Shown here: piece after piece, positions 19,523-30,205 of the stretch
How positions within the stretch are numbered: position 1 is the first letter of the stretch
Layout of the letters: every line of letters starts with the position of its first letter
Assembly (NCBI GenBank): GCA_938004075.1
Contig: CALKWP010000013.1
Location: 11,734 to 75,733 of the forward strand
DNA: 64,000 nucleotides
Origin: an uncultured Methanomassiliicoccales archaeon
Lineage (GTDB): Archaea; Thermoplasmatota; Thermoplasmata; SG8-5
Reading direction: 5' to 3'
Position numbers and translations under genes: made by a program
The notes under the pieces: model-generated
Seen by the model: the letters and a program-made list of their open reading frames with translations, nothing else
Database searches by the model: none
What the model was told of the DNA's origin: nothing

Positions 19523-20224
19523 TTACTCGGTTGCCTTGGGCTCTGCTGTCTTTTTGCCGCCCGGTTCTTCCTCAACGACCGGAATCTCTTCCTCTTCCAT
19601 AAGCCTCAGGTATTCCGGCGGGACCGCTTCCACAACGAAGACGGTGTTCCCGGCCTTCTTTATGACCATTCCGGCCTCCACCATTGCTTTGGTGTTGACT
19701 TCGAATATCATTGGCTCGGGGTCGCGGACCTTTCCGGCGATGATGGCGGACTCGATGGTCCTGCTGAGGTGGACTAGCTTTCTGTCTGATGGCATTAAAC
19801 CGGTTTCAACCAGCACGTCCTTCTCTTCCTTGGTCGTCGGGTAGTAGAGGAAGTCAGGCGTCCCGCGGGTCGGGAGGTCCAGCTCGACGTCAACAGAGTG
19901 AGCGTAAGTCGCCCGAATCATGCCGTCCCTGAACTGGTACCGGCCCTTGGGGTCGGTGTCGATTATGGCCAGTATGTGGTGGGGCTTGAGCCATCTGAAG
20001 CGCCTCTGCTTCTTCCTGACCTCGTTGATGAACTCCTCGAGGTCCACCCAGCCGTGCTTGTCCATCTTCAAACCGTATCTTTCCGGGAAGTGGCGGAGCA
20101 CGCCGGCCATGGTTCTGCCGAGTTTGTCCAGTTCTTCTTCGTTCATGAGGAAGCGCCCCTGCTCGCCGCAAATCGGGCATTCCTCTTCTCTGAAGTATCC
20201 GTGTGTTCTGCATTCTTTTAGCAT
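19523..20224 (-). CDS. kptA: RNA 2'-phosphotransferase (KptA/Tpt1) with N-terminal zinc ribbon
   Basis: LRHFP, DKHGWV, DPKGRY, IRATYAHS, VHLS. Confidence 0.9.
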   Translation of the reverse strand: MLKECRTHGYFREEECPICGEQGRFLMNEEELDKLGRTMAGVLRHFPERYGLKMDKHGWVDLEEFINEVRKKQRRFRWLKPHHILAIIDTDPKGRYQFRDGMIRATYAHSVDVELDLPTRGTPDFLYYPTTKEEKDVLVETGLMPSDRKLVHLSRTIESAIIAGKVRDPEPMIFEVNTKAMVEAGMVIKKAGNTVFVVEAVPPEYLRLMEEEEIPVVEEEPGGKKTAEPKATE

Positions 20225-20290
20225 CGTGAATTCCCCTAGGGAGAACACCCTATTACAAGCTGAGGTATTATAATTTTGCCTTGATTGTCA

Positions 20291-21127
20291 TCAGATTCTG
20301 GGTTCCAGGTCAGCCGATTTCACAACCTTGATTCCTCTATCGGCCAGCATCTCCAGCAGTTCCCCTTTCCGGGGCTGCTTCACGGCCTTTTTATGGAAGT
20401 ACGCGACAGTCGCGCCCGGCGTCTTTTCGAGCATATTGTCCAGCATCGCAGCATCGACGTGCTCCATAGCATGATCTGGCGCCATGTGGCCCATGGAAAT
20501 CCTCATCCTCTGCACGACATCGGTATGCCTGGGGGCATAATGGCCGCCCCCGAATCCGATGCCGATGGCGTCATTATCGGTGATGGTTTCCTTATCCAAC
20601 TCAAGGATGACGCGGGCAATCGCCCTGGCGGGCTCCGGCTCCGGCCAGGCATCCGGGCCGCTCCCTATCTCGATGAACAGCGTGGGCGTCTCCAGGTACG
20701 GGCCGTGGTGCGTTGTTTCAAAAGATATGCCGAACCCAAGGCCGGCGCCGTACCTTCTTAGGAGCAGCAGGGCATTAGTCATGAGCCTTGGGTCCGTGGG
20801 CACCAGCATTCCCGGCTGACCGCCGTAGTCCGCGGAGCCGTAATTCCCGAGGGCATGAACCGTCAGGGTGCGCAGCCCGGATTCGGATTTGTGCCTGGAG
20901 GCGAATATCAGGCAATCGTATCTTTTCCCGGTCTCACGCTCGATGTCCCTGTCCAGATATTCCCTGTGGAGGTGGATGTCATTAATCAGAATCATATCGT
21001 GATTGCCATGCTTGAGAATCGGCGAGGCTTCGAACTCGCCGCTCTCCTTCCAGTCAGCCATGCCCAGCAATTTGCCTCGGATGTTCATGCTGGCCACGTC
21101 CTCGGCGGAGGTGATGATGAGATGCAT
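20291..21127 (-). CDS. dtdA: D-aminoacyl-tRNA deacylase (archaeal DTD2)
   Basis: FASRHKS, LTVH, ETTHHGP, FIEIGS, GFGGGHY. Confidence 0.92.
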   Translation of the reverse strand: MHLIITSAEDVASMNIRGKLLGMADWKESGEFEASPILKHGNHDMILINDIHLHREYLDRDIERETGKRYDCLIFASRHKSESGLRTLTVHALGNYGSADYGGQPGMLVPTDPRLMTNALLLLRRYGAGLGFGISFETTHHGPYLETPTLFIEIGSGPDAWPEPEPARAIARVILELDKETITDNDAIGIGFGGGHYAPRHTDVVQRMRISMGHMAPDHAMEHVDAAMLDNMLEKTPGATVAYFHKKAVKQPRKGELLEMLADRGIKVVKSADLEPRI

Positions 21128-21211
21128 GATTGTCAGAAAAGGCGGGATGCGATTTAACCGTTATGGAGAAATGATTAATACGGAGATGATGATACCACAA
21201 AACAGGTTAAC

Positions 21212-21373
21212 ATGGATAGGCCGAAGAAGGTCCTCACCTGCCCCCAGTGCGGGAGCGCATCACTCTATTACGAGGCGGGGCTGGTCACCGGATACAAGTA
21301 CCATTGCAAGGACTGTGATTATGTGGGAGCGTTCGTCATAGAGAAGGACGTTCCAGCGGAAAAGAAAAAGTGA
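21212..21373 (+). CDS. Small zinc-ribbon protein (53 aa, below the ORF-track cutoff)
   Basis: Manual translation MDRPKKVLTCPQCGSASLYYEAGLVTGYKYHCKDCDYVGAFVIEKDVPAEKKK*. Confidence 0.75.
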   Translation: MDRPKKVLTCPQCGSASLYYEAGLVTGYKYHCKDCDYVGAFVIEKDVPAEKKK

Positions 21374-21444
21374 TCGCTTGATGATGGGATGTCACACACC
21401 GCAGTGGCAAACATTTATGTAATCTTGTTATTATCTGATTGACA

Positions 21445-21858
21445 ATGACAGAATCCAAGAGGCTGAACCTCATCTTGGGCGCGGTCGCGATTACAATATT
21501 GCTTTTCTCATTCAGCGTGTACGCCTATACCCTGATGCCAAAGGGAGATTCCGAGATACTGGTTGTCAACGGCATGGAATATGATTGGGACGCAATATTC
21601 TCCGATTTCGAAGTCACAGGGTTCGAGGCCAACGGCCTGCAGTACGAGGGGATACGCCTTGTGGACCTCATTCTCGATGCTGACATCGAGAACCCGGAAA
21701 GCCACAGTTACAGGTTCAACGCCCTTGACGGCTATCAGAAAGATGTAACATGGAATGACATTCAGAACGGTTACCTGACATTGGAGCACAGGAGCGTGTT
21801 TCCCAACATGACTCAGAGCTTCTGGGTCAGGGACCTTGCGTCGATAGAGGTGATTTAG
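21445..21858 (+). CDS. Membrane-anchored protein resembling the molybdopterin-oxidoreductase (sulfite oxidase-like) domain
   Basis: N-terminal TM; YEGIRLVDLI, FNALDGY, WVRDLASIEV. Confidence 0.5.
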   Translation: MTESKRLNLILGAVAITILLFSFSVYAYTLMPKGDSEILVVNGMEYDWDAIFSDFEVTGFEANGLQYEGIRLVDLILDADIENPESHSYRFNALDGYQKDVTWNDIQNGYLTLEHRSVFPNMTQSFWVRDLASIEVI

Positions 21859-22521
21859 ATGGAAAAGATGGACAAGTACAGAGTTTTGGCAGGAATCGTT
21901 TTATTCGGTTCCCTCTGGGGAATGACAGAATGTTTGCTCGGAGAGTTCACACCTTCGGGATTCCCGGCGGGCGCGTTTTTGGGCGGATTCATCGGTCTCG
22001 GCCTGATGATATTGACCAGGAGGCTTTACGGCTTCATGTGGATGCAGCTCGGCATGGCTATCGTCGCAGGGGCGCTCAGGTTCTGGGCTCCGGTCGGGAC
22101 ATGCGTCATCTGCTCCGCACTGGCAATAATGGCTGAAGGCCTGGTCTTCGAGCTCATATTCAACCGCCCGGTCTTTGACATCAACCGCTCGCAAAACATG
22201 AAGAGCGCCAAGACCCTGGCTCTGGTGGGCGTCATTGCCGGTTTCACCATCTACGTCACCGGTTACATGTTCACCCAGATTTTCACTCCCATACTGACGA
22301 CCGGAGCATTCAGCGTCTCCAACTTCCTGAACGTTCTGCCCATAATAATCGGCAGAGGTTTCTTCGCCGCCGTCTTCGGCGGAATATCCGTCCCACTGGC
22401 AGTGCTGGCAAAGCAGCTCTATGTCAATGTGACGTCAATCAGGAAGGAGCATTACTACGCAGCCGCAGCTGGCATATCCACGTTCTGCTGGGCGCTGGTT
22501 TTCGCATTCTTCTATATCTGA
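21859..22521 (+). CDS. Integral membrane protein (ECF S-component-like)
   Basis: About six hydrophobic segments; abuts both neighbours. Confidence 0.55.
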   Translation: MEKMDKYRVLAGIVLFGSLWGMTECLLGEFTPSGFPAGAFLGGFIGLGLMILTRRLYGFMWMQLGMAIVAGALRFWAPVGTCVICSALAIMAEGLVFELIFNRPVFDINRSQNMKSAKTLALVGVIAGFTIYVTGYMFTQIFTPILTTGAFSVSNFLNVLPIIIGRGFFAAVFGGISVPLAVLAKQLYVNVTSIRKEHYYAAAAGISTFCWALVFAFFYI

Positions 22522-22530
22522 GGTGATGTA

Positions 22531-22980
22531 ATGTCAAAAGCAAAGATAATTGTGTTCCACCCGGAGAAGTGCAAGGAATGCAGAAAGTGCGAGGCGGCAT
22601 GCTCCAATGTCCACCACAAGAACGACAAAGGCGGGGAATGGTCAGCCATCCGCATTATCAAGACCGACTCGGGATTCAAAATGACAGACTGCAACATGTG
22701 CGGGCTGTGCATAGACATGTGCCCGGTCCAGGCCATCAGGCGCATGACCAACGGAACTGTTGTTATTGACAAAAAGAAGTGCGTCGGCTGCCAGGCCTGC
22801 GTCGGGTTCTGCCCTAGGGGTGTCATGAGGAAAGCGCCTGAAGTCATCGTGCCATTCAAGTGCATAGCCTGCGGTGCATGCGTTCGCGCTTGCCCTGAAG
22901 GCGCTCTGGAACTGAAGGAAGTTGACCTCGACGATATTAAAGAGGAAGTATACGCGAAACACGGGAGGGTGTGCAAATGA
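22531..22980 (+). CDS. Multi-[4Fe-4S] ferredoxin-like subunit of AOR
   Basis: Four CxxCxxCxxxC-type clusters. Confidence 0.9.
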   Translation: MSKAKIIVFHPEKCKECRKCEAACSNVHHKNDKGGEWSAIRIIKTDSGFKMTDCNMCGLCIDMCPVQAIRRMTNGTVVIDKKKCVGCQACVGFCPRGVMRKAPEVIVPFKCIACGACVRACPEGALELKEVDLDDIKEEVYAKHGRVCK

Positions 22981-25337
22981 AAGGACCGGAGAAAACCGTG
23001 GATTGTGAATTCAAACCGATAACGTTGAAGACTGAAACCGGATTCGAGACAGGAAATACCGTTCACAAATGGGACCTGGAGAAATTCAGGAAAGGCCACA
23101 AGGTGCTTGCTGAATACAAATATGAGAAGCGCCCGGTAGTGCGGGGCTATGCTGGCCGCACGCTGTATGTCAACCTGACCACCAACGAGATCAAGGAGAA
23201 GCCGGTGGATGATGAGATGAAGAGGATGTTCACGGGCGGCAAGGGGTTCGACCTCAAGCTGCTTCGCGACGCCATAAAGCCGACCACGCGCTGGAACAGC
23301 GAGGAAAACGAGTTGGTGATGGCGGCCGGGCCGCTCTGCGGAACCACCCAGTACTCCGGAATGGGCAAGTGTCTTGCCGTGACGATATCCCCGCTCACCG
23401 ACATGCCCTGCGACTCCAATGCGGGCGGTTATTTTGCCCCATACATGAAATTCTCCGGCTTCGATGCCATCGAGATACAGGGGAAGGCAAAGAAGGACGT
23501 GGCCATAGTAATTGATGGCAAAGAGGGGAAGGTGACCATCGAGACTGCGCCTCACGAAGACGTCAACGCCCACCTGGTGGCAGAGCAGATGACATACCTT
23601 TACGCGGCGGAGGACACTGAAGCCGCAAGGCAGAAAGTGGCCGTGGTTTCGGCGGGAAAAGGCGCTGAGACATCATTCTGGGGGATTCTGAATATCTCGT
23701 TCTACGACCCGCGCAGGAAAGTGGCCAGGCTGAAGCAGCATGGCCGCGGCGGCCTGGGAACGGTTTTCCGGGACAAGAAGCTGAAAGCTCTTGTCGCCAG
23801 GGTGGATCATTTCGACGGGCTTTCCAACAACCCGGCGAATCCCGACAAGGTTGCCGCGACAGGCCTGAAGCACCACAGGGAGATGAGGGACCTGGACAGG
23901 GACCAGTGCAACATGCGCGTTGTCGGAACTGGCAACATCGTGGAGGTTATGGACGCATACGACCTTCTGCCGACCGAGAACTACCGGTTCGGCTCCCATC
24001 CCAAAGCATTCAACCTGCACTCGCCCCAATTCTACAGGAGATTCACACAGGTCATTCCCGATGGATGCTGGTTCGGCTGCACGATGGCTTGCGCCAAAGT
24101 GGTCGACGGCTTCAAGGTCATGACCGGGCCCTACAAGGGAATGAGGTTTTCCGTTGATGGACCTGAGTATGAGAATGCTGCCGCATGCGCCAACATGGGC
24201 CTCTGGGACCCTGACTGGGTCATAGAGTGGAACTTCTACTGCGACTGCTATGGCCTGGATACCATCTCATTCGGCACCGGCACGGCCTACTATATGGAGA
24301 TGTATGAATACGGCATACTCAACAAGGAACGCTGCGGCGGCCTGGAGCTCCAATGGGGCAACGCTGAAGCGGTGATGGAATTCATGCACCGCATCGCCAA
24401 GGGCGACAAACATGATTTCATTCAAGTCGCATCCAAGGGCATCCGGAAAACCAAGGACTGGCTCATCGAGAAGGGATGGGGCGATCCATACATCATCGAG
24501 AACTGCGGAATGGAACAGAAGGGGCTGGAGGTCTCTGAATACGTGTGCAAGGAATCGCTTGCCCAGCAGGGCGGGTACGGCCTCACCAACAAGGGCCCGC
24601 AGCATGATGAAGCATGGCTCATATTCATGGACATGGTGAACAAGCAGCTGCCGACATTCGCGGCAAAAGCCGAGGCGCTTCACTACTTCCCGATATGGAG
24701 GACCTGGTTTGGCCTTGTAGGCCTTTGCAAGCTCCCGTGGAATGATGTCACCCCACCCAGCAATGCAACCTCAAAGGAGCCGGCGAAGATTCCCGAACAC
24801 GTTCAGAACTACGCGGACATAATGAGCGCCACCCTGGGCAGGGACATCAAGCCCCAGGATCTGATCGACATGTCCGAGAAAGTGTACAACTTCCAGCGCG
24901 CCATGAACGTCTGGATGGGCCGCGGAACAAGGAAGGAGGACAAGCTTCCATTCAGAGCCATGGGCCCGGTGACGGAGATGGAGTACCTGTCAAGGAAGGA
25001 CAGGTACGACAAGCAGCTCGTTGCCGACATCGGACTGGCCGCTGACAAAGTCGCAAAGATGACAACTTTGCAGAAGCTGGACACTCTCAAGGAATACCGC
25101 CTGGACCAATACCAGAAATTATCCGACGCTGTCTACATGAGGCGCGGCTGGACGCAGAACGGCATACCCACACCGCAGAAGATGAAGGCGCTGGGATTCA
25201 CCGAGGACTGCCTGCTTGATTTCCTGCAGAAGAAGATTGATGCTGACGAGAAGGCCGGACTCAACGTCTGGGGGGGGAAGTACGCCGGCAGCGAGAAGCC
25301 GCCAAGCCCTGACAGAAAGTACTGGGAAAAGTGGTAG
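22977..25337 (+). CDS. aor: Tungsten-dependent aldehyde:ferredoxin oxidoreductase family
   Basis: ISPLT..CDSNAGG, GRGGLG, CWFGCTMAC, GPEYE, GLDTIS, YMRRGW. Confidence 0.9.
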   Translation: MKGPEKTVDCEFKPITLKTETGFETGNTVHKWDLEKFRKGHKVLAEYKYEKRPVVRGYAGRTLYVNLTTNEIKEKPVDDEMKRMFTGGKGFDLKLLRDAIKPTTRWNSEENELVMAAGPLCGTTQYSGMGKCLAVTISPLTDMPCDSNAGGYFAPYMKFSGFDAIEIQGKAKKDVAIVIDGKEGKVTIETAPHEDVNAHLVAEQMTYLYAAEDTEAARQKVAVVSAGKGAETSFWGILNISFYDPRRKVARLKQHGRGGLGTVFRDKKLKALVARVDHFDGLSNNPANPDKVAATGLKHHREMRDLDRDQCNMRVVGTGNIVEVMDAYDLLPTENYRFGSHPKAFNLHSPQFYRRFTQVIPDGCWFGCTMACAKVVDGFKVMTGPYKGMRFSVDGPEYENAAACANMGLWDPDWVIEWNFYCDCYGLDTISFGTGTAYYMEMYEYGILNKERCGGLELQWGNAEAVMEFMHRIAKGDKHDFIQVASKGIRKTKDWLIEKGWGDPYIIENCGMEQKGLEVSEYVCKESLAQQGGYGLTNKGPQHDEAWLIFMDMVNKQLPTFAAKAEALHYFPIWRTWFGLVGLCKLPWNDVTPPSNATSKEPAKIPEHVQNYADIMSATLGRDIKPQDLIDMSEKVYNFQRAMNVWMGRGTRKEDKLPFRAMGPVTEMEYLSRKDRYDKQLVADIGLAADKVAKMTTLQKLDTLKEYRLDQYQKLSDAVYMRRGWTQNGIPTPQKMKALGFTEDCLLDFLQKKIDADEKAGLNVWGGKYAGSEKPPSPDRKYWEKW

Positions 25338-25340
25338 GCC

Positions 25341-25685
25341 ATGGACAAAATAATCGGCTTCTGCGGCCTTATCTGCACCGACTGCCCGGCTTATCTGGCC
25401 ACTGTCAACAATGACGATGAATTGCGGAAGAAAACTGCCGCAAAATGGTCGGAGATGTACAAGGCCGAGATTAAGCCGGAAGGTATCGCCTGCAACGGCT
25501 GCACCACCCCAGGGACGAAATTCCACCACTGCACCGAGTGCGAGATGCGGCTGTGCGGCCTGGGCAAGGGCGTGAGGAACTGCGGGCGGTGCGCGGAGTA
25601 TCCGTGCAAGACGGTAAAGGCATTCCTAAAGTACGTGCCGGATGCGAAGGCCGTGCTGGACGCTGAGAAGCGCGCCTCGGGATAG
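25341..25685 (+). CDS. DUF3795-like Cys-rich protein
   Basis: CGLICTDCP...CNGC...CEMRLC...CGRCAEYPC. Confidence 0.75.
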   Translation: MDKIIGFCGLICTDCPAYLATVNNDDELRKKTAAKWSEMYKAEIKPEGIACNGCTTPGTKFHHCTECEMRLCGLGKGVRNCGRCAEYPCKTVKAFLKYVPDAKAVLDAEKRASG

Positions 25686-25691
25686 GCACGC

Positions 25692-27299
25692 CTACATCCT
25701 GTACAGACTGAAACCCGCGTCCGGTATCGGCGCGTTCAGCGCCGCCGATATGCCCAGTGCCAGCACCAACCGTGTTGACGTCGGGTCGATGATGCCATCG
25801 TCCCAGATCCTGGCGCTCGAGTAGTACGGATTGCCTTCCTGCTCGTACTTGTCCAGGATGGGCTTCTTGAGGGAATCGACCTCTTCCTGGGTCATCTCCA
25901 CGCCTTTTCTGAACAGCTGGTCGCGCTTCACGGTTGAAAGCACATTCGCGGCCTGCTCACCGCCCATGACGGAAATTCTTGCGTTAGGCCACATCCAGAG
26001 CTGGCGCGGGCTGTAGGCGCGCCCGCACATCCCATAGTTGCCTGCGCCGAAGCTTCCGCCGATGAGGACTGTGAATTTCGGCACCTGGGCGTTTGAAACG
26101 GCGGTGACCATCTTAGCGCCGTCCTTGGCTATGCCGCCGGCCTCGTACTTGCTGCCGACCATGAAGCCGGTGATGTTCTGGATGAAGACCAGCGGTATCT
26201 TCCGCTGGCAGCACATCTCGATGAAATGGGTTCCTTTCAGCGCGCTCTCCGAGAACAGCACCCCGTTATTCGCCAGTATTCCCACAGGGTAGCCCATGAT
26301 GTGAGCGAACCCAGTCACCAGCGTTTGGCCGTAAAGTGCCTTGAATTCGTGGAACTTGCTGCCGTCCACAATCCTGGCGATGATCTCGCGGACCTCGAAT
26401 GGCTTCTTAGCGTCTTTCGAGATTATGCCGTAAATCTCTTCTATCGGATATTTCGGCTCCTCCGGCTTCCTGGTCTTGATGTGGGTCTTGGGCTGCTTGT
26501 TGAGGTTCTCCAGAATGTTGCGGCCAACATGAAGCGCCTCCTCGTCGCTGTGGGTGTAATGGTCGCTGACGCCGGATTTTCTGCAGTGAACATCGGCGCC
26601 GCCGAGGTCTTCGGCGGACACTTCCTCTCCGGTAGCGGCCTTCACCAGCGGGGGACCGCCCAGGAATATCGTGGCATTGCCCTTGACCATCACGGTCTCA
26701 TCGGACATTGCCGGGACGTAGGCTCCGCCGGCAGTGCATGAGCCCATGACCAGCGCGATCTGCGGTATCTTCATGGCAGACATCCTTGCCTGATTGTAGA
26801 ATATCCTGCCGAAATGCTCGCGGTCAGGGAAAACCTCATCCTGGAGAGGCAGGAAAGCGCCTCCCGAGTCCACCAGGTAGACACAGGGGAGGTTGTTCTC
26901 CATGGCGATCTCCTGGGCCCTGAGGTGCTTCTTCACGGTCATCGGGTAGTAAGTGCCGCCTTTCACGGTGGCGTCGTTGGCGATGAGCATGACCTCGCGG
27001 CCGTGCACCACTCCGATGCCGGTGACTATGCCTGCGCACGGGGCCTGGTTATCATACATCCCGACGCCTGCAAGGGGATTCAGTTCCAGGAATGGGGTGT
27101 CAGGATCGCAGAGCGCGTCTATCCTCTCGCGGGCAAGCATTTTCCCCCTAGATTTGTGGAGCTTGACCTGTTCCTCGCCGCCGCCCGCCTTGGCCCATTC
27201 GATCTTCTCCTTCAGGTTGGCAATCAGCTTGAGGTAATGCTCCCTGTTGTCCTTGAACTCCTGGCTGTTGATGTCAATCTTGCTCTCGATTACGTCCAT
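25692..27299 (-). CDS. Methylcrotonoyl-CoA carboxylase, carboxyltransferase subunit
   Basis: [60 protein letters not shown]. Confidence 0.92.
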   Translation of the reverse strand: MDVIESKIDINSQEFKDNREHYLKLIANLKEKIEWAKAGGGEEQVKLHKSRGKMLARERIDALCDPDTPFLELNPLAGVGMYDNQAPCAGIVTGIGVVHGREVMLIANDATVKGGTYYPMTVKKHLRAQEIAMENNLPCVYLVDSGGAFLPLQDEVFPDREHFGRIFYNQARMSAMKIPQIALVMGSCTAGGAYVPAMSDETVMVKGNATIFLGGPPLVKAATGEEVSAEDLGGADVHCRKSGVSDHYTHSDEEALHVGRNILENLNKQPKTHIKTRKPEEPKYPIEEIYGIISKDAKKPFEVREIIARIVDGSKFHEFKALYGQTLVTGFAHIMGYPVGILANNGVLFSESALKGTHFIEMCCQRKIPLVFIQNITGFMVGSKYEAGGIAKDGAKMVTAVSNAQVPKFTVLIGGSFGAGNYGMCGRAYSPRQLWMWPNARISVMGGEQAANVLSTVKRDQLFRKGVEMTQEEVDSLKKPILDKYEQEGNPYYSSARIWDDGIIDPTSTRLVLALGISAALNAPIPDAGFSLYRM

Positions 27300-27300
27300 G

Positions 27301-27798
27301 CTATCCCTCCTGCTTCTCCATCTGGACCAGCAATTCGCCTATGTCCACCTGGTCGCCTACTTTGAAATTTATCTTCTCGATTTTTCCATCGTATGGCGCT
27401 TTTATCTGGTACTCCATCTTCATGGCCTCGATGGTGATTATGACCTGGCCCGCCTTGACTGCATCGTTATCGGCAGCCCCGACCGCGGTGACCTTGCCGG
27501 ATATCGGCGAGGTTATGGCCGATGGAAGCGCATCGAAGCTCTCCGGCCTGGCGCCGGCCTCCACCCTGTTGAACCTGTAAACGTCGCCGTTGATGAATAT
27601 GTGGCGCTGGTTGCCCTCGGTGGCGATATTGCATTTGGTTATCTTGCCATCAATGATCATCGTGATGAACCCAGGCTTGGACTCCTTGTACTCTACGTGG
27701 AAGTTCTTGTCACCCACATCGACCATGAATGCCTCGCCGTCGCGCGCAATCTTTATCGGATACTGCTTCCCGTGATGCTCGTAATGCAACTCCATCAT
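27301..27798 (-). CDS. Biotin carboxyl carrier protein
   Basis: EAMKM biotinylation motif. Confidence 0.92.
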   Translation of the reverse strand: MMELHYEHHGKQYPIKIARDGEAFMVDVGDKNFHVEYKESKPGFITMIIDGKITKCNIATEGNQRHIFINGDVYRFNRVEAGARPESFDALPSAITSPISGKVTAVGAADNDAVKAGQVIITIEAMKMEYQIKAPYDGKIEKINFKVGDQVDIGELLVQMEKQEG

Positions 27799-27804
27799 AT
27801 CACC

Positions 27805-29301
27805 TCAGCTGTCTATCCTCCATCTGCCAACCGTGGTCCAGGGGGACGTTGTCTCCTGCTCTTCATGCCCCTCCCCGGAGTGTTCCACAATATTCGAATG
27901 CTTCATGTCGTCAATGGCAGCGGCAATCAGAACCTCCGGCGGCAGGACCTCCGCTGCTGACCAGCTTGCAAAATGCGTCTCAATGAAATGCGTGTCAATG
28001 TCGCCGCTCACGAACGCGGGATGATGGACTATCGCCCTGAGGAACGGGATGTTCGTCGTGATGCCCAGCGCTATGTAATTCGACAGCGCCCACTCCAGCT
28101 TCCTGGAAGCGTCCTTCCTGTCCTCGCCGTAAACTATGAGCTTGGCCAGCATCGGATCGTAGTAAGGAGATATCTTGTAGCCCTGTGCAATTCCCGTATC
28201 ATGCCGGATGTTCATGCCAGTCGGCAATTCCACGGTCTGCAACGTCCCGGTGCTGGGCATGAAGTTTTTTTCCGGGTCCTCAGCGTAAATGCGGCACTCG
28301 ATCGCATGGCCGCGCTGGGTTATCTTGTCCTGGTCCAGAGTCAGCGGCTCGCCCATTGCGATGCGTATCTGCCATTTCACGATGTCAATGCCCGTGGTCA
28401 TCTCTGTGATGGCATGCTCCACCTGGAGCCTGGTGTTCATCTCCAGGAAATAGAAGTTCTTATCGGCATCCAGCATGAATTCCACGGTGCCGGCATTGGT
28501 GTAGCCTATTGTTTTAGCAGCCATTATCGCGGCCTGGCCCATCCTCGCCCTCAGGTCGGCGTCCAGAGCAATGGAGGGCGTCTCCTCCACAACTTTCTGG
28601 TGCCGCCTCTGGATGGAGCATTCCCTCTCGAAAAGATGGATGATCTTGCCATGCTCGTCCGCGAGAATCTGGAATTCGATATGCCTGGGCCTGGGAAGGT
28701 ATTTCTCCAGAAGCAGCTCGTCATTACCGAAGGAGGACTTTGCCTCTCGCCTTGCGGATGCGACCGCCTCATCCAGTTCCCCCATGTTTTTGGCTATCTT
28801 CATCCCCTTGCCGCCGCCACCGGCCGATGCTTTAATCAGCACGGGAAATCCGATGCGCTGGCATGCTTCCTGGAGGGTTTCCTTCTCCTCGCCGGTGTAT
28901 CCCGGAATCACTGGCACACCGGCGTTCCGCATCGTTCGCTTGGCTTCGATCTTGTCGCCCACGCCGTGAATGACCTCGGGCTCGGGGCCGATGAACTTGA
29001 TGCCGGCATCCTTGCACGCCTGAGCGAAGTTCGCCCTCTCGGAAAGGAATCCGTAACCTGGGTGGATGGCGTTGGCGCTGCTCTTTTTGGCAATGCCTAT
29101 TATCTTCTCGATGTTCAGGTAACTTGCAGCCGGGGTCGGGTCGCCCAGCGGGTAGGATTCGTCTGCCATCTCCACGTGCGGCGATTTCGCGTCAACGTCG
29201 GAATAAATGCCAACAGTGGCAATGCCCATCTCCTGACACGCAGTCATAATCCGCACCGCGATCTCGCCTCTATTGGCCACAAGAATTTTGGTTATCTCCA
29301 T
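27805..29301 (-). CDS. Biotin carboxylase subunit
   Basis: KILVANRGEIA, HPGYGFLSE, GGGGKGM, RECSIQRRHQK, EMNTRLQVEH. Confidence 0.95.
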   Translation of the reverse strand: MEITKILVANRGEIAVRIMTACQEMGIATVGIYSDVDAKSPHVEMADESYPLGDPTPAASYLNIEKIIGIAKKSSANAIHPGYGFLSERANFAQACKDAGIKFIGPEPEVIHGVGDKIEAKRTMRNAGVPVIPGYTGEEKETLQEACQRIGFPVLIKASAGGGGKGMKIAKNMGELDEAVASARREAKSSFGNDELLLEKYLPRPRHIEFQILADEHGKIIHLFERECSIQRRHQKVVEETPSIALDADLRARMGQAAIMAAKTIGYTNAGTVEFMLDADKNFYFLEMNTRLQVEHAITEMTTGIDIVKWQIRIAMGEPLTLDQDKITQRGHAIECRIYAEDPEKNFMPSTGTLQTVELPTGMNIRHDTGIAQGYKISPYYDPMLAKLIVYGEDRKDASRKLEWALSNYIALGITTNIPFLRAIVHHPAFVSGDIDTHFIETHFASWSAAEVLPPEVLIAAAIDDMKHSNIVEHSGEGHEEQETTSPWTTVGRWRIDS

Positions 29302-29302
29302 G

Positions 29303-30088
29303 CTATTTCCTCCATCCTGGCTCTCGTTTCTCAAGGAACGCCGAGACGCCCTCTTTGCCCTCGGGAGACGCGCGTATTCTCGCAATCGCTTTGATGCAGT
29401 ACTTCTTGAATTCGCCGCGTTCCATGTGCGCCCCGGTCCTGGCAAGGCGTTTGCATTCTCTCACTGCATGCGGACCCCCAGTCATTATTTGCGCAATGAA
29501 GGAATCGACGACCGTTTCCAAATCATCGGGAGAAACAACGTCATCGAAAAGCCCCAATCTTCTTGCCATCTCGGCATCGAAACGCTCGCCGGTGATGAAT
29601 AGCTGGGTCGCCCTTTTTGCGCCCACCCGGTCAATGACATAGGGCGATATCACTCCGGGAAGCAGCCCGAGTTTCACCTCGCTGAAGCCGATCTTCGCCC
29701 CGCTGCTGGCAATGACAAAGTCGCAGGCACACGCAAGTCCGGCTCCGCCGCCGAGCGCCGCGCCGTTGACCTTGGCTATGACGGGTATTTCAACATCCTC
29801 CAGCGCCTGGAACATTCTGGAAAGGCCGGTCGCGTCTTGCACGTTCTCCTCAAATGAGAACTGGCCCATGCGCTTCATCCAGTTGAGGTCCGCGCCAGCG
29901 CAGAATGACTTTCCCGCGCCGGTGATTATCAGGGCCCTGGCCTTCTGATTCTTGCCGACTGCCTTGAAAGCGGCAGTCAGCTCGGCAATCATGTTCTCAT
30001 CGAAAGGGTTGTGAATGTCCGGCCGGTTGAGGGTGATCCTGACGATTTCCTCTCCCTCGACCATGATGGTTTCATACTTCGGGGCCAT
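29303..30088 (-). CDS. Enoyl-CoA hydratase family, probably methylglutaconyl-CoA hydratase
   Basis: FCAGADLNWM, GAALGGG, FSEVKLG; adjacent to the MCC genes. Confidence 0.85.
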   Translation of the reverse strand: MAPKYETIMVEGEEIVRITLNRPDIHNPFDENMIAELTAAFKAVGKNQKARALIITGAGKSFCAGADLNWMKRMGQFSFEENVQDATGLSRMFQALEDVEIPVIAKVNGAALGGGAGLACACDFVIASSGAKIGFSEVKLGLLPGVISPYVIDRVGAKRATQLFITGERFDAEMARRLGLFDDVVSPDDLETVVDSFIAQIMTGGPHAVRECKRLARTGAHMERGEFKKYCIKAIARIRASPEGKEGVSAFLEKREPGWRK

Positions 30089-30205
30089 GTGCATCCTCCA
30101 GTAATTTTTCGCGATGTGGTGATTCATTAAATACGTTGTGATGGGGAGTTCGGCAATTGCCTACTTTCCGCATACTTTAATTAGGTGTTTGCGATTCAAG
30201 CATCC

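Noticed and set aside
21378..21439. Possible C/D box sRNA (TGATGA...CTGA)
   Set aside because: No internal D'/C' boxes, and it overlaps the likely TATA of the downstream gene.
27973..29394. Long antisense ORFs (473 aa here; also 22512-23573, 59295-60509 and others)
   Set aside because: They are shadow ORFs of well-identified GC-rich genes, with no motifs of their own.
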